NCBI RefSeq assembly: GCF_002113885.1
Contig: NW_018408884.1
Span: forward strand, 837,616-901,615
Length of the DNA: 64,000 nucleotides
Source: Mizuhopecten yessoensis
Lineage: Eukaryota
Direction: 5' to 3'
Part shown: piece after piece, positions 1 through 12,270 of the stretch
Layout: every line of letters starts with the position of its first letter
How positions within the stretch are numbered: the stretch's first letter is position 1
The notes under the pieces: generated by a model
What the model was told of the DNA's origin: nothing
The model's input: the letters and a program-made list of their open reading frames with translations, nothing else
The model's database searches: none
Position numbers and translations under genes: made by a program

Positions 1-265
1 CCTGTAAAGACAGACAGACAGACATTCTTTATTTCCTCGTAGGTCGAGATTATTACAGAACAAAATACATTCAAAATGTACACTTACACTATTGCTTGCA
101 TTTCATGAATTGTTTTGTCATTATTCATAAGGCATTTAATAAGTCATCCATTTCATTGAACATTGTTTTCAGCGTTCTTGATGTGTTTATCATCAAATAT
201 TCCCAGATATCATCATTAAGACGAATGATGCTTCGATCACCAAGAAGGAAAATACTTGGTTAATT
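1..265 (-). mobile_element. Probable 3' end of a CR1/L2-type LINE (fragment)
   Basis: (GACA)n tail next to TTTATT at 8-33, followed by degraded RT-C-terminus-like sequence on the minus strand; family assignment is by resemblance only. Confidence 0.35.
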
Positions 266-1025
266 ATCATCTAAGTTTGAAAACACAATGTAATCGTTAA
301 TGTTTACTGATGTTTTTGGGGTTGAATGTTCTACTATACGTTAACATGTACAAAATGTCTTTACACTACACAAAGTTTACATTATTTATAATTTTAATAA
401 AATACCAAAGGAAAACAAATTAATAAATTAATAAGACATTTCAAATGTATATGTTCCATAATAAGAAAAACTTGATCAGGAAAGTTATTGTCTAAAAATG
501 AATTTTGCAGGAGGGGGTCAGTAAAATGGCTAAGAGATAAGGAGTCTGAATGCCTGCAGTTTCATCATTGTATGTGTTATATTTACATTTCTGTTGTACA
601 GACTCTAAATACTGTCATGTAAGCATAACACCTGAAGAACTTGTATTTGTTAATATCGAAAATGGTTCTAGTAAGTCTTTCAACCAGTTAACATAAGCTC
701 GATCAGACCAATCATTGTGTAACCTCAAATTCAATCTTTGCCAGAAGTTCCCTAATAGTTTCTAAGTGACCCTAAATATATAATTTATCTTAATTACCAG
801 ATTTTTAAACTGACTTATTTCTCTTACCAGATAAAGTATTCTGTTGTCCATGTACTGTCACTACACATTGAGAATCAAACACGCGCTCCCTGCACTTTCG
901 GCATCGATACAAGCGGGTTGCAGCAGCCATGTATGGAACTTCAGACCTAAAAACGTTTATTTTATAATGTAAAACATGTAGATAATAAAAAAACACAGCT
1001 TAGAGATTAGGCAGAACATGAGACT

Positions 1026-1439
1026 AATAGAATCTCTCACCCGGGCCCTAGGGGGTGAGATTGGGGAATCTCAATCCGAGGGGGAAGATTTTTATGTTGC
1101 CAAACATGAGGCTTTGCTGAGTGTTTGGCAACATAAGAATCTTTCCCCCAGGGTTGAGATTCACCTATCTTACCAACAAGGGGGTGAATGATTCTTTTTC
1201 TCTTACCCTGTTCTCCCAATGTGTATCATATACATTTTTGTACACAATGTAATGATAACGTTACATGCTAAACTTAGGGTTGACGCTGATGGATTGTTGA
1301 CGTGACGTCATTGTATTGTTGAAGTGACGTCATACCATTGTTATGAATAGGGGAATCCCCCCCTGTCTCAACCCTAGGGTAAGACAAGGAAATCTCACAC
1401 CAGTAAAAGTGTGGATACACCTGTCCAGGGTAAGAGAAC
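1026..1439. mobile_element. Non-autonomous DNA element (MITE-like), related to the one at ~62200-62598
   Basis: Begins AATAGAATCT and carries internal inverted TTCTCTTACCCTG (1198) / CAGGGTAAGAGAA (1426). The element near 62200-62598 ends AGATTCTATT, the reverse complement of the same terminus. Confidence 0.45.
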
Positions 1440-1955
1440 ATGTCATTACTAACTTTAAATCCAGAGATTTATATTGATTTAGATCGTTATCAATCTCTGA
1501 ATTAGATAGCTATAGAGTTCTCACAGAATTACACACCAACAGGTACTTCAGGTTAGACTTTATTATCTGGAACTCTTGACTGGTTCTGGAGGTAGACACA
1601 TGGACTAAACTAGCACGCTGGCAACAGCATCTCAGCAAATCAATTGAAGTGGGCAAACCACAGCATCAACTTTAAACTGACCCAGAGTTTCTACATTCCT
1701 GACCATTAACTTGAATAATAACGACCCTGACTTCAAGGAGACAACCAGAACTCCTACATTTACTAGTGTGATGATGGGAAGGAAGAAGTGAAATGAATAT
1801 TTGAGTTCGTGACCCGGGGCCCGTGACTGTCTAGCTGGAGGCTCAACAGATGAGCTGAAGGTAAATTCCCTTTAGACGATCTAATAATGTGATTTGGACT
1901 CTATTTCAATTACTCATTCTTTACAAATTAAGTATTTTAACATATAGTCTTTATT

Positions 1956-3839
1956 CACAGGTACTAGCCTCGTCTGTCAATACACCCATAATATAATATT
2001 ACAGTTGTGTAATAGGACGGATTTAACAACGTCCAATTTACTTAATGTTCGTGGACCTGAGGTTCCGTGTTGACTGACTGTACCCTGAAAATATGACTAG
2101 AACTCCAAAATATTAACCAATATCAATTTATTAACAGACAACAAATAGAACAATTACATTACATGGCTAGAGTAGCAAATACTTACAGCTATATTTGAGA
2201 AAACGTATGCTGCTGCAGTAGTCTACATAGAATTAAAACCTCCCAACCGTCCCACTGTGCTAAATATTCCCAAATTACAGATTCATAAATAGGAGTGTTA
2301 TAGGGCTACGGGGCCATATGTCTAAATACCTACACATGCTGAACAGCAGAGGCGACCCGGCAGACAACTTGTTGTCTCTGTGCCAGAGTCAGTTGAACTG
2401 GGAAATGCACGTGCTTTTATAGGCAAAATACATAACCCGAGCGATTACCGGCTCCACTAAGGTTAGAGCCACACGTTATCACCTAAAACGAAAGTGGTCC
2501 AAGACCTGTACTCGTATGTAAACAGAAGGGGTACAGTCTCCAAAACCAGACATAATAAATAATAAGTAGTAATGACGATAAAATCCCTTAATCCCGATGG
2601 TCAAAGAAGGATTTTAAAGGTTTTACCTCTATTTCTCCTATTGGGCCCAACCCTTCTGCTCCCTGGAAGACCACACCCACTGCTTATACAAAATTGAGTC
2701 CCCTTGGCCCAAGGATGCTTCATACCAAATTTCGACAAAACCCTGTCATTCCTAAAGAAGAAAACAGATTTTGAAGCTTTACCTCTATTACCCCTATTGG
2801 GCCCCTCCCTTCTGCCCCCAGGGAGGCCACACTCGCTGTTTAAACAAAATTGAGTCCCTTTTGCCCAAGGATGCTCCAGACTGAATAAGGATAAAATCCC
2901 TTAATCCCTATGGTAGAAGAAGGATTATAAAGGTTTTACCTCAATTTCCCTTATTGAGCCCCGCCCCTCAGATCCCAGGAAGGCCACACCCACTGTTTAT
3001 ACAAAATTGGTTTCCCTTTACCCAAGGATGTTCCACACGAAATATGGAACAAATTCTTTCATTCCTACAGAAGAAGGATTTTAATGAATAATTTGCTATG
3101 TTTCCCCTATTTGGCCCCGCCCCTCAAGCCCCTGGGGGGCCAGACCCACAGTTTATAAAAAATTGGATACCCTTCATCCAACGATGCTTCAGACCAAATA
3201 TGGAACAAATCCTTTCATTCCTACAGAAGAAGAAGTATTTTGAAGAATAATTTGCTATGTTTCCCCTATTGGGCCCCGCCCCTCAGGCCCCTGGGGGGCC
3301 AGACCCACAGTTTATAAAAAATTGGATACCCTTCATCCAACGATGCTTCAGACCAAATATGGAACAAATCCTTTCATTCCTACAAAAGAAGAAGGATTTT
3401 AAATAATTTGCTATATTTCTCCTATTGGGCCCCGCCCCCCAGCCCCCAGGGGGGCCAGACCCATCGTTCATACACAATTGGTTTCCCTTTACCCAAGGAT
3501 GTTCCACACCAAATATGGAACAAATCCTTTCATTCCTACAGAAGGAGAAGGATTTTAAAGAAGAAATTGCTATATTTCCCCTATTGGACCCCGCCCCTCA
3601 GGCCCCTGGTGGGCCAGACCCACCATTTATACAAAATTGAGTCTTCTCCCCCTCAAGGATGCTCCACACCAAATTTTGTTAAAATCCGCTCAGTGATTCA
3701 TGACTAGTAGCGTAAAGTTGACGGACGACGCAAGATGACGGACGACGCGGTATGGCATAATAAGCTCACCATGGTCCTTCGGACCAGGTGAGCTAAAAAC
3801 CACTCCTGCCACAGGTGACAGACGAGGCTAGTACCTGTG
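1956..3839. mobile_element. Non-autonomous TIR DNA transposon with 24-bp perfect TIRs and 7-bp TSD (P-superfamily-like), carrying nested repeats
   Basis: CACAGGTACTAGCCTCGTCTGTCA (1956-1979) and its exact reverse complement (3816-3839), flanked by CTTTATT at 1949-1955 and 3840-3846. Confidence 0.8.
2575..3797 (+). mobile_element. Helentron-associated non-autonomous element (HINE-like), 5'-truncated, with internal ~120-160-bp satellite-like repeats
   Basis: Tandem GGGCCCC...ACAAAATTG...CCAAGGATG units, a GACGGACGACG microsatellite and a 3' stem-loop AGCTCACC-ATGGTCCTTCGGACCA-GGTGAGCT. Same family as 18588-19926. Confidence 0.7.
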
Positions 3840-4770
3840 CTTTATTCAATGCCTTTACTCAATGTCCCTAACTATATACATCAGATGTTAAGTTTCTTTC
3901 TTACCTAACGTAACATCTGATCATCCAGTGTAATCTTGTGTCTCGAAATATGGTCAAATCGGCCCAGCGTACCAACGGACGACTCAAGCAAAGTATTACA
4001 CAGCACGTGACTTCAGATCATTGGTGCGGCCACCATCATTCAGTGTCTTTACCAACAGACTGCAACATGAAAAAGAGATTGTTTTTTGACATGACAACAG
4101 TGTCATTTTAGTTTATTTCTATTTCTCAACACGACTCTATATTGTTGTGGGGCAGTGAGCAACAAGAAAGCTAAATATGACGCAATTATCACGAAAGTTG
4201 AAAAACGTGTAACGAGCTTTGCGTTCAAATTATTTCCTTTATGATTCTTTCTTGTAAACGTTGTCATATGACGAAGAGAGGAATATGTCTTGAAACATTA
4301 CTCACGTTTGTTCCGTTTACAACTTGTTTACGAAACGTTGACAGAAACGAAAGTAACCTTGATTTTCAAGCACCTCCGCGAATCCGAGTGGCGAGACTAA
4401 ATGTCCAAATAATGGAGTCAACATCAACTATCCGGAAAAATCACGGTATACCTTAGCTCAAGTTTAATTTACAAGATTCCATGTGTAGGTTCCAATTTTG
4501 TGATGTGAAATGGAATTTCCTTGGTCCAGAAAAAAAACCCACCATGAACGGCACTATATCAGTAGGCTCTCTTATTTAATGAGCTTTTTATCAGAATTTA
4601 TATCCAAAAGGATTTATTAATAAACGGACACACACAAAAAAAACAATAACATTGGCGTAGCATACATGAATGCTTGTATGTTCAAGCATACACTTAACTT
4701 TTCAAGATTTTTTTTTTTTAATTAGATTTTTTTTTTGATGATTATTATGGACCCGACCGTATCAATCATA

Positions 4771-5168
4771 AACAAGAGGCCCAGGGGCCTTAATAGCTCA
4801 CCTGGTATTTTATTTTCAATTTAAAACCTGCTGAGTACCATACAGGTTTATCAAAGGAGACAAGAAACAAAGTTGCAAGAAGAACTACACATAAATCTGT
4901 TTTGGTGGGAAAGACACCAAGAACATGAGTTTCCATGTTATGTCCCAATTTCCATTTATAAATATTAAATTCCTTTTGCCCAAAGATTCTCTATAACAAA
5001 TTTGGTCAAAATCCCTTCATCGGATAAAAGGAGAAGGATCTTTAATGTTTTCCTCTATTTCCCCTAATGGGCCCCACCCATCTGCCCCAAAGAAGGGGGC
5101 CCACACACCTCAGTTTATACAAAATTGATTCTTTTGTCTTTTGACCCTTTGGGCAAGGTGAGCTAAAA
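4771..5168 (+). mobile_element. Short HINE-like element (same family)
   Basis: 5' AACAAGAGGCCC...GCTCACCTG, one internal repeat unit, 3' GGTGAGCTAAAA. Confidence 0.65.
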
Positions 5169-7035
5169 TTGAAAGAATTAAAAAAAAATCTTGAAAATTT
5201 TAGTAGCGCGCATTATGTTGTTTGCTTGCAAAGCTGTGTCATTCAAATAGATCATAAATACCATACAAAAGCAGTTCAATGCTTAAGTACTAACATTCTA
5301 GCATAAACAGTGACAAAAATACCGATAAATAAATATATAAAAAACGATAAGCTAAACAGACTTTTAACGTGCCATAAGTAAAACAATATTTCATAAATTG
5401 CTCAGCATAAATTTATTTCCAGATTGTTGATTTTGTCAAACCTTACTTGTAAAGGAAATACTAAAAAGTGAGTGTCAACTCGGAGATGAAGCTCTCATTT
5501 GTTGTCTGCATGCCGATAACGTAACACTATCAATATTTTTTATGCTTGTAAATCGCAAAGAAGCTCCGAATTTTTTTTACAGGTAGTGCGTGGGTTCAAA
5601 GTTTATAAAACCTTTTTAATAAAGGTCGTTTCAGTCGTTTTAATTAATTTTCAAAATTCAAAACTAAGTGAGTTATATAGAGCACTATAACTGAATATAC
5701 ATATTAACTCCTACCTGTCACATAGGTATGGTGCTGCAGCAGCATTTTTCCAAGATGCATCGAAGTGAAGAAACTGTCAGCAAACACGTGGTAACCACGG
5801 TCAAGCAGGGACGCCTCGCTCAGTAGGTTGTATACAACGTTACTGTCCTGTAGCTCGCCCCGTGGAGTTGGGTCGAATTCTCGGCCTCTGTATATGGACA
5901 TTTGCAGAACGTACCCTGACGCTGACTCACAGAATATCCAAAACTTAATTCCGTACTTCGCGGCCTTGGAGGGAATGTACTGGCGCATCACACTATGGCC
6001 TTTTGTTCTCACCAAGGATTCATCAACACACAATTCCCTCCTCGGTATGATGACGCGCAGGAACTGTCTGTTGACGAAGTTAAGTAGAGGACGAAATCTG
6101 GCGGCAGGATGCTTAATTAAAAAATAAAATAAAAACCAGTAAATCTTTCTGAATATCTTTTACTCGAGAGACGTTGTTTTCGTTAATATTCACAACAGCA
6201 GGATGTATTTCTACAGCGACGTGACGTTACGTCATTTTATCTAGCACTTCTATCGGTAATATTTGTATATTTATCTGTTTCTTATAATTTTTACCGCGAT
6301 GAGTGGCCAAATACATTTTTTTCGTCAAAATTGAAAATTGTGTCTATGTGAATGACGTCAAAGTATAACATGTATGCTAACTTGTTAGATGAAAAGTGAT
6401 ATCTCAATGACAGTGACACGGATAATAATATAATCAATTTAATTATCATAAACTTGTCCGTGATATGGGATGTTTTGCATGTGCGATACTGCTTATTGAC
6501 AGTGCATAGTCGATATCGCGGACTGACCATATCCGCCCGGCATGCGCCATATTTATCCGTTACGCGCCTTATCGACCCGACATGCGCTATATATTTACCC
6601 GGCACGCGTCTTATCAACCCGACATGCGCCATATCCGTTAAACTTCCATCCCAATACTTTTCAGGAATATCATTAGACAGTGGGTGAAACAAACTAGTAG
6701 TGTACACACTGCGCATCCATCTGTTTTTGTTACGCCTTTCATTGCATTTTATTTTATTTTATAGAATGTGATGATATAAAAAATTGAATATAAATCTGCT
6801 GTGCGTTCTAGAAATAAATCAATTGTAGTAGTGTCATTATTTGTCATTATTACTTTCAAAATATTAACTTTACTTTTAACAAAAATATTACGTTAATTAA
6901 ATATATTATTGAATAGATACTATAATGAATTAAACTTATATTTATACGCGAGTACTTACATTATTTGCTTTTGGCTCTAGTGCCCGCTACCTCTTTTAAT
7001 TCCTATGCTGGCTAGGTAAAGATATAGGTGTACAA

Positions 7036-10000
7036 ATGTTCGCTGTGCTCGCTCTGGCAGCTCTGTTCAAAGTGACCAGTGCACCAGGCCCCAACAGCAA
7101 CTATAACTTCAAGGTACCAGTGTTGTTTGGAACCAACGTTCTGTCGGTATTGTTGGAAGGTTGTCGAAGCAGGAATGGACCGAAGTTCTTGCAGAAGGGA
7201 TTAGATACTCCATGGTTTTTAGCATTTCGCTGTATGACATTGAGGGATCGGGATTTGGTGAGAAATCGCAACAGCATTGGCCTCGTCAAGAATGCAGGAA
7301 ACATGGATTGCGTCCTTAGACCGAACTCTACTATCACCCTGAAGGGATATGTAGACCAGCGGAGCGCCTATCCAACTACCTGTGCTATCATGCAGCCCAC
7401 GGAACGATCCAAGCTGTCCAAAGATATTGATGTTACACCTACAGTGTTTTCATATGACTGCGACAGTACACATCCATTGGACGTTCAACTATCCAATCTG
7501 ACAACACATACGTTTATCATTCCTCCCAAGGCAATTTTATGTGAGATACAGCCAGTGATTGTCCAGGAACTTCCTACTGTTGATGGAGAGGTGGGAATAC
7601 CGAAGTCATTTATGGATAAGATAGACTTTACCAATTCAGCTGTTACGGAGGAGGAACTACAGCTAGGAACGAAACTCATAAAGGGATACGAGGATATATT
7701 TTCACACGGAGATACTGACCTCGGGTGTACTAATCTCGTGAAACATCGAATCGATTTGACGGATCCAGTTGCTTTTAAACAACGCCATAGGAGGATACCA
7801 CCTTCTATGTATGACGAAGTGAAGACTCATCTTCAGCAACTTTTGTCTGCGGGAGTCATCAAACCATCATACAGTCCCTGGTCATCGAACATTGTTCTGG
7901 TGAGGAAGAAAGATGGATCATTGAGGATGTGTGTGGATTTCCGACAGCTAAATCAACGCACCATTCGGGATGCATACGCGTTACCACGAGTAGAGGACAT
8001 CCTGGATTGTTTAGCTGGATCACACTACTTTACTGTGCTGGATTTAAAGTCGGGTTATCATCAGGTTGAGCTAGAGGAAGAACATAAGGAGCGAACTGCA
8101 TTTACCGTCGGCCCACTGGGGTTTTATGAGTTCACGAGGATGCCTTTTGGACTTACGAACGCTCCTGCGACATTTCAGCGCCTGATGGAGAGATGCATGG
8201 GAGACCTACACTTAGCTATCTGCCTGATATATCTTGATGATTTAATCATCTTTTCGCGAACGTATGAGGAGCATCTGGAACGACTAGGAAAGGTTTTTCA
8301 GAGACTCAGAGACAACGGTTTGAAGCTTGCGCCTAAGAAATGCCAGTTCTTTATGAACAGAGTTGCCTATGTTGGACACATCGTCACACCGGAAGGCATT
8401 GAGGCAGATCCCAAGAAGATTGAGAAGGTACGAGACTGGCCGACACCGTCTAATCCTGAAGAACTACGTCAATTCCTAGGTTTTGCTGGTTACTACAGGA
8501 AGTTTGTAAAGGATTTTTCAAAGATTGCGAGACCTTTAACTGACCTGTTACCACCGACCAGAGTAAAGAAGAACAAAGGAAGGGCAAAGACTAAGATAAA
8601 TGGCGTTAAGTGGACATGGGCATCGGAGCATGATACAGCGTTCAACGGCCTGAAGGAAGCGTTATGCAATCCTCCTGTGCTTGGATATGCTAACTACAGT
8701 CAGCCGTTTGAGCTTCACACCGATGCAAGTACCTTAGGACTAGGAGCCGTTCTATATCAAGAGCAAGATGGACAGTTACGACCTATTTGCTACGCCAGTC
8801 GAGGATTGAGCAAGTCGGAGAGGAATTACCCGGCTCATAAACTGGAATTCCTGGCGTTAAAATGGGCAGTTACCGAAAAGTTCCATGACCATCTATATGG
8901 ACAGACGTTCACCGTTTTAACGGACAACAACCCGCTGACCTACGTTTTGTCGAAAGCAAAGCTTGACGCGACGGGGCATAGGTGGTTGTCCGCTCTAGCG
9001 GCATACAACTTCGATATTAAGTATCGACCAGGACGGAACAACGCGGACGCAGACGCTTTGTCACGGCTTCCGGGATGTAACATATCATCAGAATCTGTCC
9101 AAGCCGTCTGTAAAGGAGCAACGTTTTGTAAAGGTTCATTGGTGGAAAGCTTGAGCCTATCAACAGAGGTATTGGATATGCTTGACGTTGATGACGAACA
9201 TGGTTTCCAAACCATGACACCCCACCAGTGGCGAACTCTTCAGACGGAGGACGATGTTATAGGGGAATGGCTACCCATCATTAGGAGGAATCTGAAGCCA
9301 ACACGGAAGAGGTTTTCAGCTATACCAGAAAACGCAACCCTTAACAGATGCTGGGATAGCTGGAAACTGAAACGTGGTGTGCTATATAGACGGGTATCTG
9401 ATGGTGAGACCGATGTGGACCAACTTGTACTTCCGGTTGCCATGCGAGAGAAGGTCCTGACGTCATTACACAATGACATTGGCCATCCTGGAAGGGATAG
9501 GACGTTATCTCTGCTGAGAGATAGATTCTTTTGGCCTGGTATGACCAAAGATGTGGAAACGTGGTTGAAGGAATGCCAGAGATGTCTACTCAGGAAATCG
9601 TCGACTAGCATTAGGGCTCCGTTAGTCAACATTGTTACCACCCAACCTATGGAGTTGGTATGCATGGACTTCTTGAAACTAGAGGCGTCTAAAGGGGGGT
9701 TTCAAGATGTTTTAGTAATCACCGACCATTTTACGAGGTATGCCAAAGCCATTCCAACTCGGAGTCAGTCGGCTAAAGCAACAGCGGAGGCTTTGCAGGG
9801 ATTTATTGAACATTACGGAATTCCGCGGAGATTACATTCCGACCAAGGAGCTAACTTCGAGGGGAAAGTAATAGAAAGTTTGTGCGAAACATTTCATATT
9901 ACTAAATCGAGAACGACACCATACCATCCTAGCGGAAATGGAATGTGCGAACGTTTCAACAGAACCCTGATCGACATGTTAGGCACATTGGAACCGCATC

Positions 10001-11040
10001 AAAAGAAAGACTGGAAGAGCTTTGTGGGTTCGCTCACATATGCGTACAACTGTACACGGCATAAGACAACGGGTTATTCGCCATTTCAGCTGATGTTTGG
10101 ACGACAGCCACGATTGCCCGTTGATCTATTGTGTGGAGTAAACGAGGAAATTACCCCAACTAGCATGCCGGATTATGTCAAAAACATGAGGAACCGGATG
10201 TCACATTCGTTCAGCTTAGCGAGTAAGAAGGCTCGGGAATCGCAGAGTCGTCAGAAGGCAGGCTACGATCTACGTAGTAGAGAAGCCGTTTTGGAACCGG
10301 GTGACCGCGTTCTTGTTAAGGTACTTGCCTTTGAGGGACGTCACAAGCTAGCGGATCGCTGGGAGCCTGACGTATACATCGTACAGAGTCAACCCAACAT
10401 TGACATTCCGGTATACACCATACTTCGAGAGAGTGGTGAAGGAAAGAGTAGAACTCTTCACAGAAACCATCTACTTCCAATTGGAACTATACCGGTGGAA
10501 GTGGATACGGTACCCATTGCACATCCACCTCGGCCGGTACCTCGTGTTAGGAGGTCGAGGATGGATAGTGGTCCGCATCATCGGAAGTCTGTGGCTGAGC
10601 CTGTTGTATCACCGCCTGTAAGTGACAGCAACGAGAGCTCGGATGAGGAATTTGTGGGTATGAACGTTCCTACTAACGTTCAACGGCCTCCCACACAGGA
10701 CAAGGTGCAGCCGAGCAAGGACATGACACCCGTACCTGGACCTCAGATCGACTTCAGTGATGAGGAGACATCGGAATCGGAACCGGAGGATGAACCTGCA
10801 GCTGCAGTACAGGGGAATACTACTTCGCCTGATCCGGAGATTCCAATACCCCGACGATCGACAAGGAACAAACGACCGCCTAATTGGATGACATCAGGCG
10901 AGTTTGTTTGTTCACAACAACCTGCTGGAGCGGAATGGAAGATGAAAGCCATGTTTCTGATGGACATAACATCTACAGCATCCTTCGGAGATATGCCAGC
11001 ATCAGCCCAACAGGCATTGTTAAATATTTTAACTGGTTGA
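7036..11040 (+). CDS. Gypsy pol polyprotein, 1334 aa (LTR-derived leader, protease C-terminal remnant, RT, RNase H, integrase)
   Basis: RT motifs LDLKSGYHQV, MPFGLTNAPATFQR and YLDD; RNase H motifs TDAS and ADALSR; integrase HHCC (LHNDIGH..CQRC) and D-D-E (MDFL, SDQG, ERFNRT). No D-T/S-G protease site and no gag. Confidence 0.92.
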   Translation: MFAVLALAALFKVTSAPGPNSNYNFKVPVLFGTNVLSVLLEGCRSRNGPKFLQKGLDTPWFLAFRCMTLRDRDLVRNRNSIGLVKNAGNMDCVLRPNSTITLKGYVDQRSAYPTTCAIMQPTERSKLSKDIDVTPTVFSYDCDSTHPLDVQLSNLTTHTFIIPPKAILCEIQPVIVQELPTVDGEVGIPKSFMDKIDFTNSAVTEEELQLGTKLIKGYEDIFSHGDTDLGCTNLVKHRIDLTDPVAFKQRHRRIPPSMYDEVKTHLQQLLSAGVIKPSYSPWSSNIVLVRKKDGSLRMCVDFRQLNQRTIRDAYALPRVEDILDCLAGSHYFTVLDLKSGYHQVELEEEHKERTAFTVGPLGFYEFTRMPFGLTNAPATFQRLMERCMGDLHLAICLIYLDDLIIFSRTYEEHLERLGKVFQRLRDNGLKLAPKKCQFFMNRVAYVGHIVTPEGIEADPKKIEKVRDWPTPSNPEELRQFLGFAGYYRKFVKDFSKIARPLTDLLPPTRVKKNKGRAKTKINGVKWTWASEHDTAFNGLKEALCNPPVLGYANYSQPFELHTDASTLGLGAVLYQEQDGQLRPICYASRGLSKSERNYPAHKLEFLALKWAVTEKFHDHLYGQTFTVLTDNNPLTYVLSKAKLDATGHRWLSALAAYNFDIKYRPGRNNADADALSRLPGCNISSESVQAVCKGATFCKGSLVESLSLSTEVLDMLDVDDEHGFQTMTPHQWRTLQTEDDVIGEWLPIIRRNLKPTRKRFSAIPENATLNRCWDSWKLKRGVLYRRVSDGETDVDQLVLPVAMREKVLTSLHNDIGHPGRDRTLSLLRDRFFWPGMTKDVETWLKECQRCLLRKSSTSIRAPLVNIVTTQPMELVCMDFLKLEASKGGFQDVLVITDHFTRYAKAIPTRSQSAKATAEALQGFIEHYGIPRRLHSDQGANFEGKVIESLCETFHITKSRTTPYHPSGNGMCERFNRTLIDMLGTLEPHQKKDWKSFVGSLTYAYNCTRHKTTGYSPFQLMFGRQPRLPVDLLCGVNEEITPTSMPDYVKNMRNRMSHSFSLASKKARESQSRQKAGYDLRSREAVLEPGDRVLVKVLAFEGRHKLADRWEPDVYIVQSQPNIDIPVYTILRESGEGKSRTLHRNHLLPIGTIPVEVDTVPIAHPPRPVPRVRRSRMDSGPHHRKSVAEPVVSPPVSDSNESSDEEFVGMNVPTNVQRPPTQDKVQPSKDMTPVPGPQIDFSDEETSESEPEDEPAAAVQGNTTSPDPEIPIPRRSTRNKRPPNWMTSGEFVCSQQPAGAEWKMKAMFLMDITSTASFGDMPASAQQALLNILTG

Positions 11041-11335
11041 GTATGTGTGCCATTTTACGTAACGTTATTTGAACGTTAATATGCATTTGTATATGTAGTA
11101 TGTATGTGTAAATGGAAACCCCATGGAAGATGAGGACATCTTTCATTTAAGCGGGGGAATACCTGATGAATTGGGGAGTTAATATATATTTTTTTGTTTT
11201 TTCCTCAGTTGCAGATTTTATATTTGAATTGTGTGTAAATATTTTGCATGGACTTTTGTTATATTGTTTTATGTTTTATTTACATTATTTCCTGATCATG
11301 TAGATGAGGACATCTTCCATCTAAGGAGGGGATAA

Positions 11336-12270
11336 TGTAGTAGTGTCATTATTTGTCATTATTACTTTTAATATATTTGTGGTATTTAGCTATACGCGTT
11401 CGTATGTAACGGAAATCAGCCTTCCGTGTAATTTTGTACGTCACGCATTGCGGCAAAACTTTTAGCGCGCGCGCGGAAATAGCACGCGTAAATGCGAGTA
11501 AGGTACTGAGCGGATGTGATGTAATGTGTTGTAAACCTGTTTGTCCAGTACGTATTGTCTATGTATAGAATACCTAGTATTGAATGTAGGGTAATTTACC
11601 TGGTGCACTGGTCACTTTGAACAGAGCGGCCAGAGCGAGCACAGCGAACATTTGTACACCTATATCTTTACCTAGCCAGCATAGGAATTAAAAGAGGTAG
11701 CGGGCACTAGAGCCAAAAGCAAATAATGTAAGTACTCGCGTATAAATATAAGTTTAATTCATTATAGTATCTATTCAATAATATATTTAATTAACGTAAT
11801 ATTTTTGTTAAAAGTAAAGTTAATATTTTGAAAGTCTTTGTAAATTTAGAAATCGGGCGTGGTCAATTTAGTAGACAAGTGATTTCGAAGAAGCAAGTTT
11901 TTAATATATATTGTTTCCTTTTATAGCTTACATTGAACGAGTAAGACTGAGGACTCGGCGGACTTTGTCCGAGAAAACCCTCTTCACATTGAAGAGGTGG
12001 GTATTTTAATATATTTGTAATTATGCTGTATTTCTATATAATATATAGATTGAATGTAACAGTTGTAATACGTATTCCATTATTGTAACTTATGTAACTG
12101 GCTACGGCCAGGTAGTTGTTTGACATGTCTTAGCTTATGTGATTGTATAAATGTTATATGTGTAGTAATATGATGTATTTCATGTTACAGGGTTTTTACT
12201 TACGTAATAAATGAACTGAGAAAAGAACCCAGGAGTTGTCGTATATCCACGATAAAAGACGACTATTACA
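11336..12270 (+). repeat. Complete 3' LTR (935 bp)
   Basis: TG...CA ends, preceded by the PPT; TATAAAT at 11741 and AATAAA near 12207. Confidence 0.92.

Larger units (their letters stand above)
6824..12270 (+). mobile_element. Ty3/Gypsy LTR retrotransposon with rearranged 5' end
   Basis: TGTAGTAGT start and ACTATTACA end, CAAT TSD at 6820-6823 and 12271-12274. The first 33 bp are identical to the 3' LTR start at 11336. PPT AAGGAGGGGA at 11323. pol order is RT-RNaseH-IN. Confidence 0.95.

Noticed and set aside
4241-4456. ORF ending TIRKNHGIP, resembling the piggyBac GTxRxNR motif
   Set aside because: Wrong strand relative to the transposase remnant and no further similarity; probably chance.
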